NCBI GenBank assembly: GCA_030748775.1
Contig: JASMLH010000004.1
Location: forward strand, 27,234 to 91,233
Origin: Candidatus Thalassarchaeaceae archaeon
GTDB lineage: Archaea; Thermoplasmatota; Poseidoniia; Poseidoniales; Thalassarchaeaceae
Direction: 5' to 3'
DNA: 64,000 nt
The notes under the pieces are model-generated. The model was not told the origin of the DNA, searched no databases, and saw nothing but the letters and a program-made list of their open reading frames with translations. Below, piece by piece: positions 9,107-18,419 of this stretch; the first letter of the stretch is position 1; every line of letters starts with the position of its first letter. A program made the translations under genes and the position numbers.

Positions 9107-10015
9107 CTATCTGAGGGAGATTTCCCTGACTAGCGATATCCATTGTGACGGTTCAAGCATCTCAGGTCTTAGATCTGGCCAACCTTCTTCCAATCCTTCT
9201 ATTTCAGATTCAATTACTCGCGACACTGCCGTCTTCCACCTGTCCTTGTGCCAACCGGATATACGTGAGATACGGGGAGGATTCTTAGATAGGAGGTTTC
9301 TCAATTTTCTCCTTCTATTTGAGAAGCAGTGCTTTGTTATCATTCTGAACATCGGCTTATCCAGGCCTTCTGCTTCGGACCTCTCCCTGGGTAGTAGTGA
9401 TACGATCCTCGAGTTTACTTTTGGAGATGGGCTGAACGAGCTGGGAGGGACCTTTATGTCCAGAGATACGTCAAAATCCAGCCATAAGTTCAGGCCTAGG
9501 GGTCCTATATCATACGGCAATGATGACATTGCCATACGATTCGCAAACTCCTCCTGCACTAGAAGAATTGCTGCTTCTATCGGATTTTTCGAGTGGTAGT
9601 CTCTAATTCTCTCAATTATTGGGCTGGAAATCTGGAATGGCAGGTTGGAAATTACGTGAGTTATTCCTGAAGGCCACTTGGACGAGACAGCATCATCAAG
9701 GATTACTTCGAGGTTGCATTCTCTCCCTCCAAAGACCCTTTCCAAATGCTCAACCGCCACCTCGTCAACCTCCATTGCCGTGACTCGCGCCTTCGTCCTG
9801 AGCAGAGAGAGTGTCAGTGAACCGGGACCAGGGCCGACCTCAAAGACGTGTGATGACTCTCCAAGAGGGGATTGCTGCTCCGAAGCAATAGAAATTGGCC
9901 TTTCAATTGCTCCTTCTTCTAACAGGTAGTGCTGGCCGAGTGACTTCTGTGGTCTAACTCTGTCGCGAAGAAGATCGACAAGGAGGCGAGCTTCGAGACC
10001 AGCCAGCGTCTTCAT
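9107..10015 (-). CDS. ksgA: 16S/18S rRNA dimethyladenosine transferase KsgA/Dim1
   Basis: LGQHYL, SAM-binding VFEVGPGPGSLT, and NLPFQISSPI. The ATG at 10015 sits 1 nt after the upstream stop. The ORF extension to 10204 overlaps the DUF655 gene. Confidence 0.9.
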   Translation of the reverse strand: MKTLAGLEARLLVDLLRDRVRPQKSLGQHYLLEEGAIERPISIASEQQSPLGESSHVFEVGPGPGSLTLSLLRTKARVTAMEVDEVAVEHLERVFGGRECNLEVILDDAVSSKWPSGITHVISNLPFQISSPIIERIRDYHSKNPIEAAILLVQEEFANRMAMSSLPYDIGPLGLNLWLDFDVSLDIKVPPSSFSPSPKVNSRIVSLLPRERSEAEGLDKPMFRMITKHCFSNRRRKLRNLLSKNPPRISRISGWHKDRWKTAVSRVIESEIEGLEEGWPDLRPEMLEPSQWISLVREISLR

Positions 10016-10016
10016 G

Positions 10017-10622
10017 TCAGTTCTCTGAGCGAACCAGCAAATCAAGTAAGCGGGGAGTCTGGGCAACATCTTCCATCTCCTTGACATATCGCTCCGCGAG
10101 AAGTCGGACCGACTCGATTCCGCAGGCATCGTCAATATCCTCGAAAGTTTGCCAGCCAGACAAGCCCCTAAGGTTGACCATTTGCATTGCCTTAGAGTTT
10201 CCAATCCCCGGAAGAAGTTGGAAAGAGTGGAATTTGAGGGACATTGGGCCTGCGCTATTGTAGAATGACAGATGCCTGTCCTTATCTGCTGAAATTGAAG
10301 CGCTCAATGCACTCACTATTTCCTGCTGGGCAGAGCCGCTAAGGTCCTTCAGCCGTACTTCCGACATAGGCCCTAAATTTTCAGAGGGTAGCTCGATGCA
10401 GTCACCCGTGGAGATGTTGTCCGAGTCTTGGACTCTAGATCTGACGATATGCAACGATGGTTCGGTAATGCATTGTATTTCTTGGCCAATGGGTCTCCTA
10501 TCCTGTATGTCGAGAACTCTGAGTCGCTCCTCTCCATCGTACGGGCTCACCGAGTCCCCGTCCGAGTCGTTTCCGTCTCCAGGCATCATGTTCTCGGCCC
10601 TACCAGAAAGGTTCTCCCTCAT
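10017..10622 (-). CDS. DUF655-family protein (archaeal, HhH-containing, putative RNA/nucleotide binding)
   Basis: It sits between rpoF and ksgA as in many archaea. The C-terminal part is HhH-like (LLPGIGNSKAMQMVNLR). Assigned from synteny and overall pattern. Confidence 0.6.
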   Translation of the reverse strand: MRENLSGRAENMMPGDGNDSDGDSVSPYDGEERLRVLDIQDRRPIGQEIQCITEPSLHIVRSRVQDSDNISTGDCIELPSENLGPMSEVRLKDLSGSAQQEIVSALSASISADKDRHLSFYNSAGPMSLKFHSFQLLPGIGNSKAMQMVNLRGLSGWQTFEDIDDACGIESVRLLAERYVKEMEDVAQTPRLLDLLVRSEN

Positions 10623-10658
10623 GAAGTGAGTTGTTTGGAATTAGGCTCAGAATCTCTA

Positions 10659-11021
10659 CTAGAGGACATGCTGACGAATTATTGTGATAATTTCCTCAAC
10701 TTCTGATGTATCCATTGCTACCCTCTTGCTTGCGATGACTACCCTAACGTCAGCGACTGTTAGTGGCGCTAGTTCTGCAATCTTTGAGCAAACCTCAGGG
10801 TGCAGTCGAAGCTTTTCATTCTGCATTAGAGCGGACATTAGCTTGGCGTAAACTGCAGGGTCGGTCTTGATATCTCCAGTAGGGTGACCTCCTGCACTCG
10901 CCTTCCATTGAGCATGCTGGAGAGCCATGGTTTGCTCGTAGGAAATCTCTCCTCTTCGTTCAATAGCTTCCAGAAGCTTGTCTCTGACAGTTGCGTAATC
11001 TACGAACTCCCTCTCTGCCAA
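10659..11021 (-). CDS. rpoF: DNA-directed RNA polymerase subunit Rpo4 (RpoF)
   Basis: 120 aa. The pattern ATVRDKLLEAIERRGEISYEQTMALQHA...IAELAPLTVADVRVV and its position next to eL21 support the call. Confidence 0.8.
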   Translation of the reverse strand: MAEREFVDYATVRDKLLEAIERRGEISYEQTMALQHAQWKASAGGHPTGDIKTDPAVYAKLMSALMQNEKLRLHPEVCSKIAELAPLTVADVRVVIASKRVAMDTSEVEEIITIIRQHVL

Positions 11022-11029
11022 TTTCTCAC

Positions 11030-11323
11030 CTACTCTATCGGTCTCAGATGCTCTGGCCTTGCTACAACTGTCTTCATCATGTTTCCATCTGCAACGCGGA
11101 TAACGTATGCCCTGCCCTGAGAACCTGAAATAACACCAGTCCTACCCTGGAAGCGTCGGTGGGGCATCCCTCTCTGCTGGGCCCCGTCAAGAACAATTGC
11201 GACCTTGTCACCCTCCTCATAGGTGTGCATTACTCGACCAATGAAGAGGCGTCGCCTGTCCCTCTTATCCTTCCTAAGGATGCTTCTGGTGCCCCTTCTA
11301 GAACCCTTAGTGCGAGTGACCAT
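11030..11323 (-). CDS. rpl21e: 50S ribosomal protein eL21
   Basis: MVTRTKGSRRGTRS...FQGRTGVISG...Y.I is typical of L21e. 97 aa. Confidence 0.92.
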   Translation of the reverse strand: MVTRTKGSRRGTRSILRKDKRDRRRLFIGRVMHTYEEGDKVAIVLDGAQQRGMPHRRFQGRTGVISGSQGRAYVIRVADGNMMKTVVARPEHLRPIE

Positions 11324-11398
11324 GCTACCAATACTCCATTATAGCGAAAGCGGGCGACCTGTGGGGCGTTCTTAAGGACTCGGATTTGAGTGAAGTCG

Positions 11399-12820
11399 TC
11401 ATTCTGCGTGTATCTCCTCGACGTCCAGCCAGATTACTTCACAATTGGAACCAATAGCACTCTGAACGGATGGATTAGTTCGTCCGTCGTCCGAGTGTAC
11501 TAGTTCCTTGACATATGTCCCGGCCTCGCATCGGAGTGTAACCTGGACCTCTTCTTCCTCAATTTGGACATTTTCGATAGAAACGAGCTTCCTCTTCCTG
11601 ATCTTGGCAGCACGTCTATGGGAAACTCTCTTTGGGGTCTCCTGTTCAATAGTCTGTCCAGATAACGATTGAATCGCTCCGATGATGTCTTCTTCTTTTC
11701 CCATTTCTCCGACCTTGAACCTAATCGTGTATGACTTCTCTGACCTTGATTGTTTAACCTTGTTAATCTTAGATTTATTACACCACTCTAGTGTATCTAC
11801 CTCAACTTTTGTAAGGCCATTTTGGTTAACCTTCTTCACTATGTCGGAAAGAGGATATCTCCTTTTCCTAGGTCTCTTTATCTCTAGGACAAAGGGCCTT
11901 CCAGAACCTAAGCACCTTACATCGATATCCTCCCTTCCCATGCCATGGAAAGAGGTATCATCTGCATCTAGGGCTTGCTTGACCGGTTCTCCGATTAGAT
12001 CCTGGACTGAATCAATATATTGCAGACCCGAACCATCACACGACTCGCAGCCCTCTGCCCTCCCCCTGCAAGCTCTGCATGGCCATCGGGTCTGGGGTAT
12101 CTCACGAGATAATTTTCTATATCTGCCATACAGGAACACTGGCCTTACATCTACATCGACCCTGAGGGTTAGTCCATCGACAAGAACCATGACGTCAGGC
12201 CTCTCCTTAACGAAGTCGACTTTCCTCTCTCTCTTCCTGATATTATTGTGGATTTCCTCAACGATTGAGCCTTTGAGTGGATTAGAACCAGGAGCTCCGT
12301 ATTTTGTCCTGATTCTATCCTCCTCCTGGACAAGGTCCTTTGGGAGGTGTATTCCGAATTGCATGGTTGAGAATTCGACTCCAGATAGGGACTCGAAAAC
12401 CCTGTCAACAATGTTGTCCACGTCCTCAAATAAATTCTCACATAGAGGGCAGAGGTCCTGAAGGATCTTAGAAGATAGCTCAATATCCCTATCATAAGCC
12501 TGGGATCTAATCGATGAACCGGAGGGGAGTTCGGATATTCTGGCCCCTCCAATCCGAGATAAGCAGTGATCACACACGCCCAACTTAATCACGTGTGCAA
12601 TTCCCATGGGGGCGGGGCAGGGAGGGGCATCCCAGTTGATGGATTTCCCATCTACGACAAAGTCATCGCCGTCAAACCAAACTTCATCCTCGCTTGGCTC
12701 CTCCTCCTCTTCTTCTTCGAATGAGGGTTCGATTGCTGCATATCCTGCTGAGGCGTAAAGTTGCCACTCGTCCTCCTCATCAATCTCAACTGACCCAGCC
12801 TCCGGTTCGTCCAATGCCAT
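11399..12820 (-). CDS. pus10: tRNA pseudouridine(54/55) synthase Pus10
   Basis: Zn-ribbon cysteines CDHCLSR...CPLCENLF and CRACRGR..CESCDG, and catalytic motif FHGMGREDIDVRCLG. An acidic N-terminal extension (EEEEEEE) is present. Confidence 0.88.
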   Translation of the reverse strand: MALDEPEAGSVEIDEEDEWQLYASAGYAAIEPSFEEEEEEEPSEDEVWFDGDDFVVDGKSINWDAPPCPAPMGIAHVIKLGVCDHCLSRIGGARISELPSGSSIRSQAYDRDIELSSKILQDLCPLCENLFEDVDNIVDRVFESLSGVEFSTMQFGIHLPKDLVQEEDRIRTKYGAPGSNPLKGSIVEEIHNNIRKRERKVDFVKERPDVMVLVDGLTLRVDVDVRPVFLYGRYRKLSREIPQTRWPCRACRGRAEGCESCDGSGLQYIDSVQDLIGEPVKQALDADDTSFHGMGREDIDVRCLGSGRPFVLEIKRPRKRRYPLSDIVKKVNQNGLTKVEVDTLEWCNKSKINKVKQSRSEKSYTIRFKVGEMGKEEDIIGAIQSLSGQTIEQETPKRVSHRRAAKIRKRKLVSIENVQIEEEEVQVTLRCEAGTYVKELVHSDDGRTNPSVQSAIGSNCEVIWLDVEEIHAE

Positions 12821-12912
12821 GTAAATCGCCGACGTAGTGCCGGGGGAAACCGGTTGCTACGACATAACTGGGAAGAAGGTTGAGAATTTGACTCCTTCGC
12901 AGTAGAAAATCC

Positions 12913-13266
12913 TCAAATTGGGATGCCAGAACCCTCACAGACCTCTCTCAGGTGGGAGAATGAGTGTATGCCACTGGAGCATCCACTGGGCCATTCAAGT
13001 TGTATCCCGTATCTTCCGACTGGGTTAACTCGGGGCTTTTCCAACCTAAGACGAGAAATTTCCTCCTCAAACTCGATTCTGCGTTGTTCGTTCTCCTGGC
13101 GCGGCTTGCAGTTTGCACACTGACAGTGGGCGCGGATTGTCAGATAGGACAGTCTGAAGGATGAGTCGTCAGCAAACCTGAGTACGGCGTCCTCTAAATC
13201 TCTCTCGAAATCAGTCAATATTTCCCTAGACATCGTGGACTCCTCGGGTGCATTCGCTATGTTCAT
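12913..13266 (-). CDS. DUF971-family protein
   Basis: LSYLTIRAHCQCANC...GRYGIQLEWPSGCSSGIHSFSHL is the typical DUF971 pattern. Confidence 0.7.
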   Translation of the reverse strand: MNIANAPEESTMSREILTDFERDLEDAVLRFADDSSFRLSYLTIRAHCQCANCKPRQENEQRRIEFEEEISRLRLEKPRVNPVGRYGIQLEWPSGCSSGIHSFSHLREVCEGSGIPI

Positions 13267-13315
13267 TGCGCTTGATTATTGCGAAAATACCAAAGAAGGA
13301 TGGGGGATAAGTATG

Positions 13316-13336
13316 GAGGACTAACTGATAGTCCTC
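13316..13336. promoter_or_regulatory. perfect 8-bp inverted repeat abutting a start codon
   Basis: GAGGACTA-actga-TAGTCCTC, ending 3 nt before the ATG at 13340, in a 73-bp divergent intergenic region. Confidence 0.5.
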
Positions 13337-13339
13337 ATA

Positions 13340-14785
13340 ATGAATACTGAAATAGGGGCAATTTTGGCCCATGAACATATTTCCAGGGGGTTTTGGATGT
13401 ACAATTACAAGCATGAAACAGAGGTAGAAGCTGATATTGATTCTACATTCGCATGGTTCGAGCACGAGGGTTCCTTCAGAAGACTGATGCCTCCCTGGGA
13501 AGTTGCAGAGGAAATTAGGGCAGACGATTCTCTGGATGTAGGTTCTCAGAGAGTGTTTAGATTTCCAATGGGGCCTTTGAATATGACATGGGTTGCAGAG
13601 CATACTGCATACAACCCTCCAAGTTTTTTTTCTGATAAGATGGTAAAGGGGCCATTTTGGTCATGGAGTCATGACCATCACCTTTCTGAGTCTGAAGGAG
13701 TAACCAAGGTGATAGACGATGTCTCTTACCAGGTTCCTTTTGGCCCTCTTGGAAACTTAGTGGACAGGGTTCTCGGAGGTATGCTAGTGAGAGGTAGGAT
13801 TTCTAGAATGTTTAAGGCCAGGGAGCTACGTCTTAAGCGCGATTTGAAGAGGCATTCAGATTTCTCGGGGCAAAAGAGGAAGAGGATTCTAGTGGCAGGA
13901 TCTTCGGGAATGATTGGGACTCAATTAGTGGCCTTCCTAGACACAGGAGGTCACGAGGTCTGGAGAATGGTTCGAAGAGAGGTTAGTGAAGGAAAAAACG
14001 AGGTTTTCTGGGACCCATCCTCTGGCGAATTGGATGGGACTATCTTGGAGGGTTTCGATGCAATTATTCATCTTGGAGGCGAAGGAATTGGGGACAAGAG
14101 ATGGAGCAATAAGAGAAAGTCGATGATCAAAGACTCGCGAGTGGATAGCACTAAGCTTCTCTCTGATGCGATTTGCTCAATGAAAAATAAACCTGAGTGC
14201 TTCATACTTGCCAGTGCTATAGGATGGTATGGAGCCAGAGGGGAAGAGGAGCTTAGCGAGGATAGTTCCATTGGAGAGGGCTTCCTCTCTGAAGTGTGCC
14301 AAGAATGGGAAGCGGCGGCATCGAAATTAGAAGATTCGGGAGTAAGATCTGTATTTCTAAGAAGTGGAATTGTTTTGGCCGCAACCGGAGGTGCTCTGGG
14401 GAAAATGTTGCTTCCTTTCAAGTTTGGAGCGGGGGGCCCAATGGGAGGAGGCAGGCAGTGGATGTCATGGGTATCCCTGGATGACGAGATTTATGCAATC
14501 CATCACCTTCTGATGAACGAGGCTTCGAAGGGAGCATACAACATCACAGCACCTCGGCCAGTTAGGCAGAAGTCGTTCGCAAAGACGCTGGGAAAGGTCC
14601 TGAGGCGCCCTGCTATTGCTCCATTGCCAAGATTCGTGGTCAAGATTCTATTTGGAGAGATGGGTGAGAAACTCACTCTGGATAGTCAACGGGTAATTCC
14701 AGCGAGGCTCGAAGACGAAGGTTATGAGTTCCTTCACAATGATCTAGAATCTGCGCTTAGAGACTCGCTGGGTATGTGGAATTAG
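13340..14785 (+). CDS. SRPBCC-domain / NAD(P)-binding epimerase-family (TIGR01777, SDR39U1-like, DUF1731 C-terminus) fusion protein
   Basis: The N-terminal ~150 aa resemble an SRPBCC/cyclase fold. A Rossmann motif ILVAGSSGMIGTQLV follows, with a C-terminal RVIPARLEDEGYEF tail typical of YfcH-like proteins. Confidence 0.75.
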   Translation: MNTEIGAILAHEHISRGFWMYNYKHETEVEADIDSTFAWFEHEGSFRRLMPPWEVAEEIRADDSLDVGSQRVFRFPMGPLNMTWVAEHTAYNPPSFFSDKMVKGPFWSWSHDHHLSESEGVTKVIDDVSYQVPFGPLGNLVDRVLGGMLVRGRISRMFKARELRLKRDLKRHSDFSGQKRKRILVAGSSGMIGTQLVAFLDTGGHEVWRMVRREVSEGKNEVFWDPSSGELDGTILEGFDAIIHLGGEGIGDKRWSNKRKSMIKDSRVDSTKLLSDAICSMKNKPECFILASAIGWYGARGEEELSEDSSIGEGFLSEVCQEWEAAASKLEDSGVRSVFLRSGIVLAATGGALGKMLLPFKFGAGGPMGGGRQWMSWVSLDDEIYAIHHLLMNEASKGAYNITAPRPVRQKSFAKTLGKVLRRPAIAPLPRFVVKILFGEMGEKLTLDSQRVIPARLEDEGYEFLHNDLESALRDSLGMWN

Positions 14786-14789
14786 GTCA

Positions 14790-15023
14790 TCACAATGATG
14801 TTCGGAACCCCAGTGCTCTGACTAGGCACCACCCCATCCGTGCCTCGAAAATCGCGAATAGCCCACCTGCAATGATTCCGGTTGGAAGAAGCCATGCGTA
14901 GGCAATATCGACAATTCCGGAAAATACGATTCCAAGTATTGATAGTCCAATTGCTACAGAAATAATTCCTATTCTAAGGCGAAACGCCTTTCCTCTGGCA
15001 TCTATGTTGCATTCGAATACCAT
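14790..15023 (-). CDS. small membrane protein, DUF2892 (YgaP-like) pattern
   Basis: 77 aa, two TM helices, and a C-terminal GWCLVRALGF motif. Confidence 0.45.
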   Translation of the reverse strand: MVFECNIDARGKAFRLRIGIISVAIGLSILGIVFSGIVDIAYAWLLPTGIIAGGLFAIFEARMGWCLVRALGFRTSL

Positions 15024-15042
15024 GTGTTCTCACAACCTATTT

Positions 15043-15052
15043 CTAAATAAAA
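15043..15052 (-). promoter_or_regulatory. candidate TATA box for the (near-)leaderless small membrane protein gene
   Basis: The minus strand reads TTTTATTTAG, ending 19 nt upstream of the ATG at 15023. The same T-rich stretch could terminate the upstream RND gene. Confidence 0.35.
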
Positions 15053-15110
15053 CACCTACGTCCTTGGAGCTTGTTTTTTCCTCCTAATCAATAGGCGCCT
15101 CTGAAGTCTT

Positions 15111-18100
15111 CTAGGCCGAAGAGAGTTTCTTTGGGTCACGATGAATTAGACCGAGGATTGCAGGGGCAAGAATCATGCTAGCAACCAAAGAGAGTCCAAT
15201 CATTACTGCACAGAATAACCCGAAAGTTGAGAAGAATCCCATTTTTGACTGCTTTATCACCCAAAAACCGGCAAAATCAGATATGGCGGAACCAAATAGT
15301 GCAAGTCCTGATGCACCTCCAACGGCTCCTATCGATTCAATTGGTGAGGACCCCCCTTCCATCTCCTCTCGGAATCTCTCCACGAGATGAATGACATAGT
15401 CAATTCCAACCCCTAGTGAAATTGCGGCTATCGAGACAGTAACCATATTGAGACCGAATCCGGCAATCCCAACCATTGCATAGAGCCAGATGATTGCCAG
15501 GAAAATTGGAATTGTAGCAACCGCAGCAAGAGTAAACGCGGGAATTCCCCAGATTATGGAGAGGATGATGGCCATAGGAGCAGCAATTGCCGCCATCTTG
15601 GTCCCGAGTAGGAGGAACACTACAGTCGAAAGCAAGACGGTGTTTAGGACGACTCTGGAGGCAATAATTCTCGAGTTTTGTTTGAACTCAGTTACCCTCT
15701 CGGAGATTGGTTCATCGTCCCGGAAACCCCACCAAAGCGTTACGAAACACATGATTACCCCGAGTAGAATGGTTGATTGTAGGTCGTCCTGCATTGAGTC
15801 AGCGGCGACGAACCTAACTACAGGCTCTCCTGTAGGAATTGCCCATGATATGGGATAATTCTCGTCCTGGAATCCAGAAGAGATGTCTCCTCTTTGCCTG
15901 AGGGGAGACATGGAAAGGTTCTGGAAAGGTGCCATGTCTTCCTCCAGCTTCTCCAAAGCAGGTTCCACAAGAGCAAATTGTTCTGGGCTGGAAATCCCGA
16001 ACCGGAGCGATGCTCTTGGGAAAATTGGTTCATTTCCTGACTCGGTCAACCAGGGCCTATCGAAATCCAATTTTCCCTCGACCTGGATGAATTCCCCCAC
16101 TATGCTGGTGGAAAGAGCAGGATAACCTCCACTAGCTGGAACTCCACGTGTAATTATGAATCCGTATAGGAAATTGAGACACTTGCTATCTTCGGTTGAA
16201 GGGATGAAAATGTATTGCCCTTCCCTATTGGGGATCAGGATTGTTTCGCAACCGACAGCACCGTCATTTTCACTGAAATTCCACCCAGCCTTCTCGAAAG
16301 GAGTTTGGTCCCATGCCATGGCTGCCCTCGTATACCAAAGCATCTGATCGATTGCTAGGAGTTCGACTTCGCCTCCCGGAGTTCGAGAAATCTGATCCGG
16401 CTCATTTGGCTGGTGAGTGTTCATATTTTCTCGGAGTTCTCCTATTGCATCAAGGACTCTGGGATTGGAGATGTTTCCTTCGATCAGAATGAATGCTGGC
16501 TCGCCCTCATCACTGAATCTTTCATTTATCAGGCCAACTCCAATTGCAAGATCGGATTCTTCTTCAATGAAGTCTTCCACTTGGAAATCACCCTCTAAAG
16601 ATAGCATGATTGGAGTAGCAATGGCAGTGATCAGAAGAGCCGACATCAGCACAAGAGGGGAAAGACGGGCGGAGCCTGTGGTAACACTGGAAAGCCACGA
16701 CTTTGGGACCATGTGGACGACATCGTCCCTCTCTTCCTGAAGACGGTCCTTGGAATCGAGCCATTGGTCTACGTCGAGCCTAAGCAATGGGACCCAGAGT
16801 CCAGTAAGGAAGAATGCGCACATTACACCAAGTCCGGCCTCTATTCCGAACGACCTGAGTGCTGCTATGCTGGATGTCATATTGGCCATGAATGCGACGA
16901 TGGTGGTTACGGATGTGAGCATGATTGCAAGGCCTACCTTGCTGATAGAAGTGTGCGCTGCTTGAACGGGGTCCCTGCCGTTCCGCCTCTCTTCCTTGTA
17001 CCGATGCAAACTATGGAGGCTGTCGTCTATTTCCAGAGCTAGAATTAGGATCGGGAGGAGATTGGAAAACTGGGACCTGAAAATTATCTCAAATCCGGTC
17101 TTATTTCCAAAGATAATTGCCCACCCAATCAACCCATACATCCAGAACATAGAAACGGCCAAACTAGTCGCTACGATTGCTACATCTGATGAACGTCGAA
17201 GATTTACCCAAAGCAAGACCAGGACCGCAATTGACATGAGCACTACAAGGTAAGCACTGGAAAGCAATTCACGGTTTATCTCAACATTAACGCTCTCTGC
17301 AAACATCAGAGTTACGATGTCTTGATCGCTATCCCTGAGATCTTCCTCGAGTGCTAGATACAGCCATTCAACCGAGCACAACTTCTCCCCTGAAGACTCC
17401 CTCGCCCGGCATTCAGAGACAGAATTCCTCACGGGATCAGTAGTTAAGCTGAATCCGTCTAGCACATATCCGAAATCCCCACTAGCATTCTTCCAAGAGA
17501 ATGTCCATCCGTTTGATTGCATTTCGTCTCGATTGAAATTCACGATTAGCCATGCAGCAGATGCTGACCATCTTCCGTTTACCCACTCTTCTGATGAAAG
17601 TGAGCCATTATCCGAAACCCTGTGGCTAATTGGGCCAATAATGTCGCTCTCTGGATCCGGAGTGAATGCACGATCATTCGATAGGAATCTAAGAAATGCT
17701 CCATTGCTGTTGTTCGCCATCCTGTGAGCAGCGAGATCAATGTGGGATTGGGTTAGTCCCGGATCATCGAATTGGAGGCATTCTAAATCCCCACAATCTG
17801 TCCAATTTGTTGGAGCCGGGTCAGTAGAGGCTTCAATGTCCAAGGTCATAGCCAGTTTGTAGGGGTTGATTCTTGGTTGTGTCAATGAAGAGTTCCCTGA
17901 CATAAATGATCTAAACTCGCTAGCCAGATCAAGTAAGCCCAAAGCCGGATCTCCAGATATCTCTGAAGCTAGAGGGAGGTAGAATTCCGAAATCTCATGA
18001 TTGCGGAGAGTTTCTGCATTTGTGTCTATCTCCCTCAATATGGATAGGTTCAGAATTCCTCCTTTCGGGTCTTCGAGACCAGAATTGGCTCCGGGGTATG

Positions 18101-18377
18101 AAGCAATCATTGAGACGTCTGAGTTTTCTTCTCCGAAGTAACCGGGTTCCCTGACAAAAACCCCAAATCCCCAGATATTGCCTGCTGCCGTGAATTCTTC
18201 CCTCAGAACATAGTTTGCGTCTAATTCGGGAGATTCCATATCATAGGACTCGATATCTATCGGTTCGAAAGTTGCCATGATGCCTGGAATCATCAACAGC
18301 GTCACAATGACTACTAGAGTGTGGACTTTCTTTCTCCTAGGAATGAGATTGTCCGCAACTCTGGAGAAATCCCTCAT
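15111..18377 (-). CDS. RND-superfamily (MMPL/COG1033-like) exporter
   Basis: 1088 aa. A large extracytoplasmic domain followed by a ~5-6 TM bundle occurs twice, with conserved GLGVDY-like GVGIDYVIHL in the second bundle. Confidence 0.8.
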   Translation of the reverse strand: MRDFSRVADNLIPRRKKVHTLVVIVTLLMIPGIMATFEPIDIESYDMESPELDANYVLREEFTAAGNIWGFGVFVREPGYFGEENSDVSMIASYPGANSGLEDPKGGILNLSILREIDTNAETLRNHEISEFYLPLASEISGDPALGLLDLASEFRSFMSGNSSLTQPRINPYKLAMTLDIEASTDPAPTNWTDCGDLECLQFDDPGLTQSHIDLAAHRMANNSNGAFLRFLSNDRAFTPDPESDIIGPISHRVSDNGSLSSEEWVNGRWSASAAWLIVNFNRDEMQSNGWTFSWKNASGDFGYVLDGFSLTTDPVRNSVSECRARESSGEKLCSVEWLYLALEEDLRDSDQDIVTLMFAESVNVEINRELLSSAYLVVLMSIAVLVLLWVNLRRSSDVAIVATSLAVSMFWMYGLIGWAIIFGNKTGFEIIFRSQFSNLLPILILALEIDDSLHSLHRYKEERRNGRDPVQAAHTSISKVGLAIMLTSVTTIVAFMANMTSSIAALRSFGIEAGLGVMCAFFLTGLWVPLLRLDVDQWLDSKDRLQEERDDVVHMVPKSWLSSVTTGSARLSPLVLMSALLITAIATPIMLSLEGDFQVEDFIEEESDLAIGVGLINERFSDEGEPAFILIEGNISNPRVLDAIGELRENMNTHQPNEPDQISRTPGGEVELLAIDQMLWYTRAAMAWDQTPFEKAGWNFSENDGAVGCETILIPNREGQYIFIPSTEDSKCLNFLYGFIITRGVPASGGYPALSTSIVGEFIQVEGKLDFDRPWLTESGNEPIFPRASLRFGISSPEQFALVEPALEKLEEDMAPFQNLSMSPLRQRGDISSGFQDENYPISWAIPTGEPVVRFVAADSMQDDLQSTILLGVIMCFVTLWWGFRDDEPISERVTEFKQNSRIIASRVVLNTVLLSTVVFLLLGTKMAAIAAPMAIILSIIWGIPAFTLAAVATIPIFLAIIWLYAMVGIAGFGLNMVTVSIAAISLGVGIDYVIHLVERFREEMEGGSSPIESIGAVGGASGLALFGSAISDFAGFWVIKQSKMGFFSTFGLFCAVMIGLSLVASMILAPAILGLIHRDPKKLSSA

Positions 18378-18419
18378 GAAATTATCGCAATATTAGGAAT
18401 ATTTGACTTGTTGCTTGCG

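Noticed and set aside
11339-11344. TATAAT upstream of the eL21 start as its TATA box
   Set aside because: It lies only ~16-21 nt from the ATG. A TATA box at about -26 would place the transcription start inside the CDS, so the spacing is inconsistent.
11682-12461. 259-aa plus-strand ORF inside pus10
   Set aside because: It is antisense to a CDS with Pus10 catalytic and zinc motifs, is Ser/Leu-rich, and has no family pattern.
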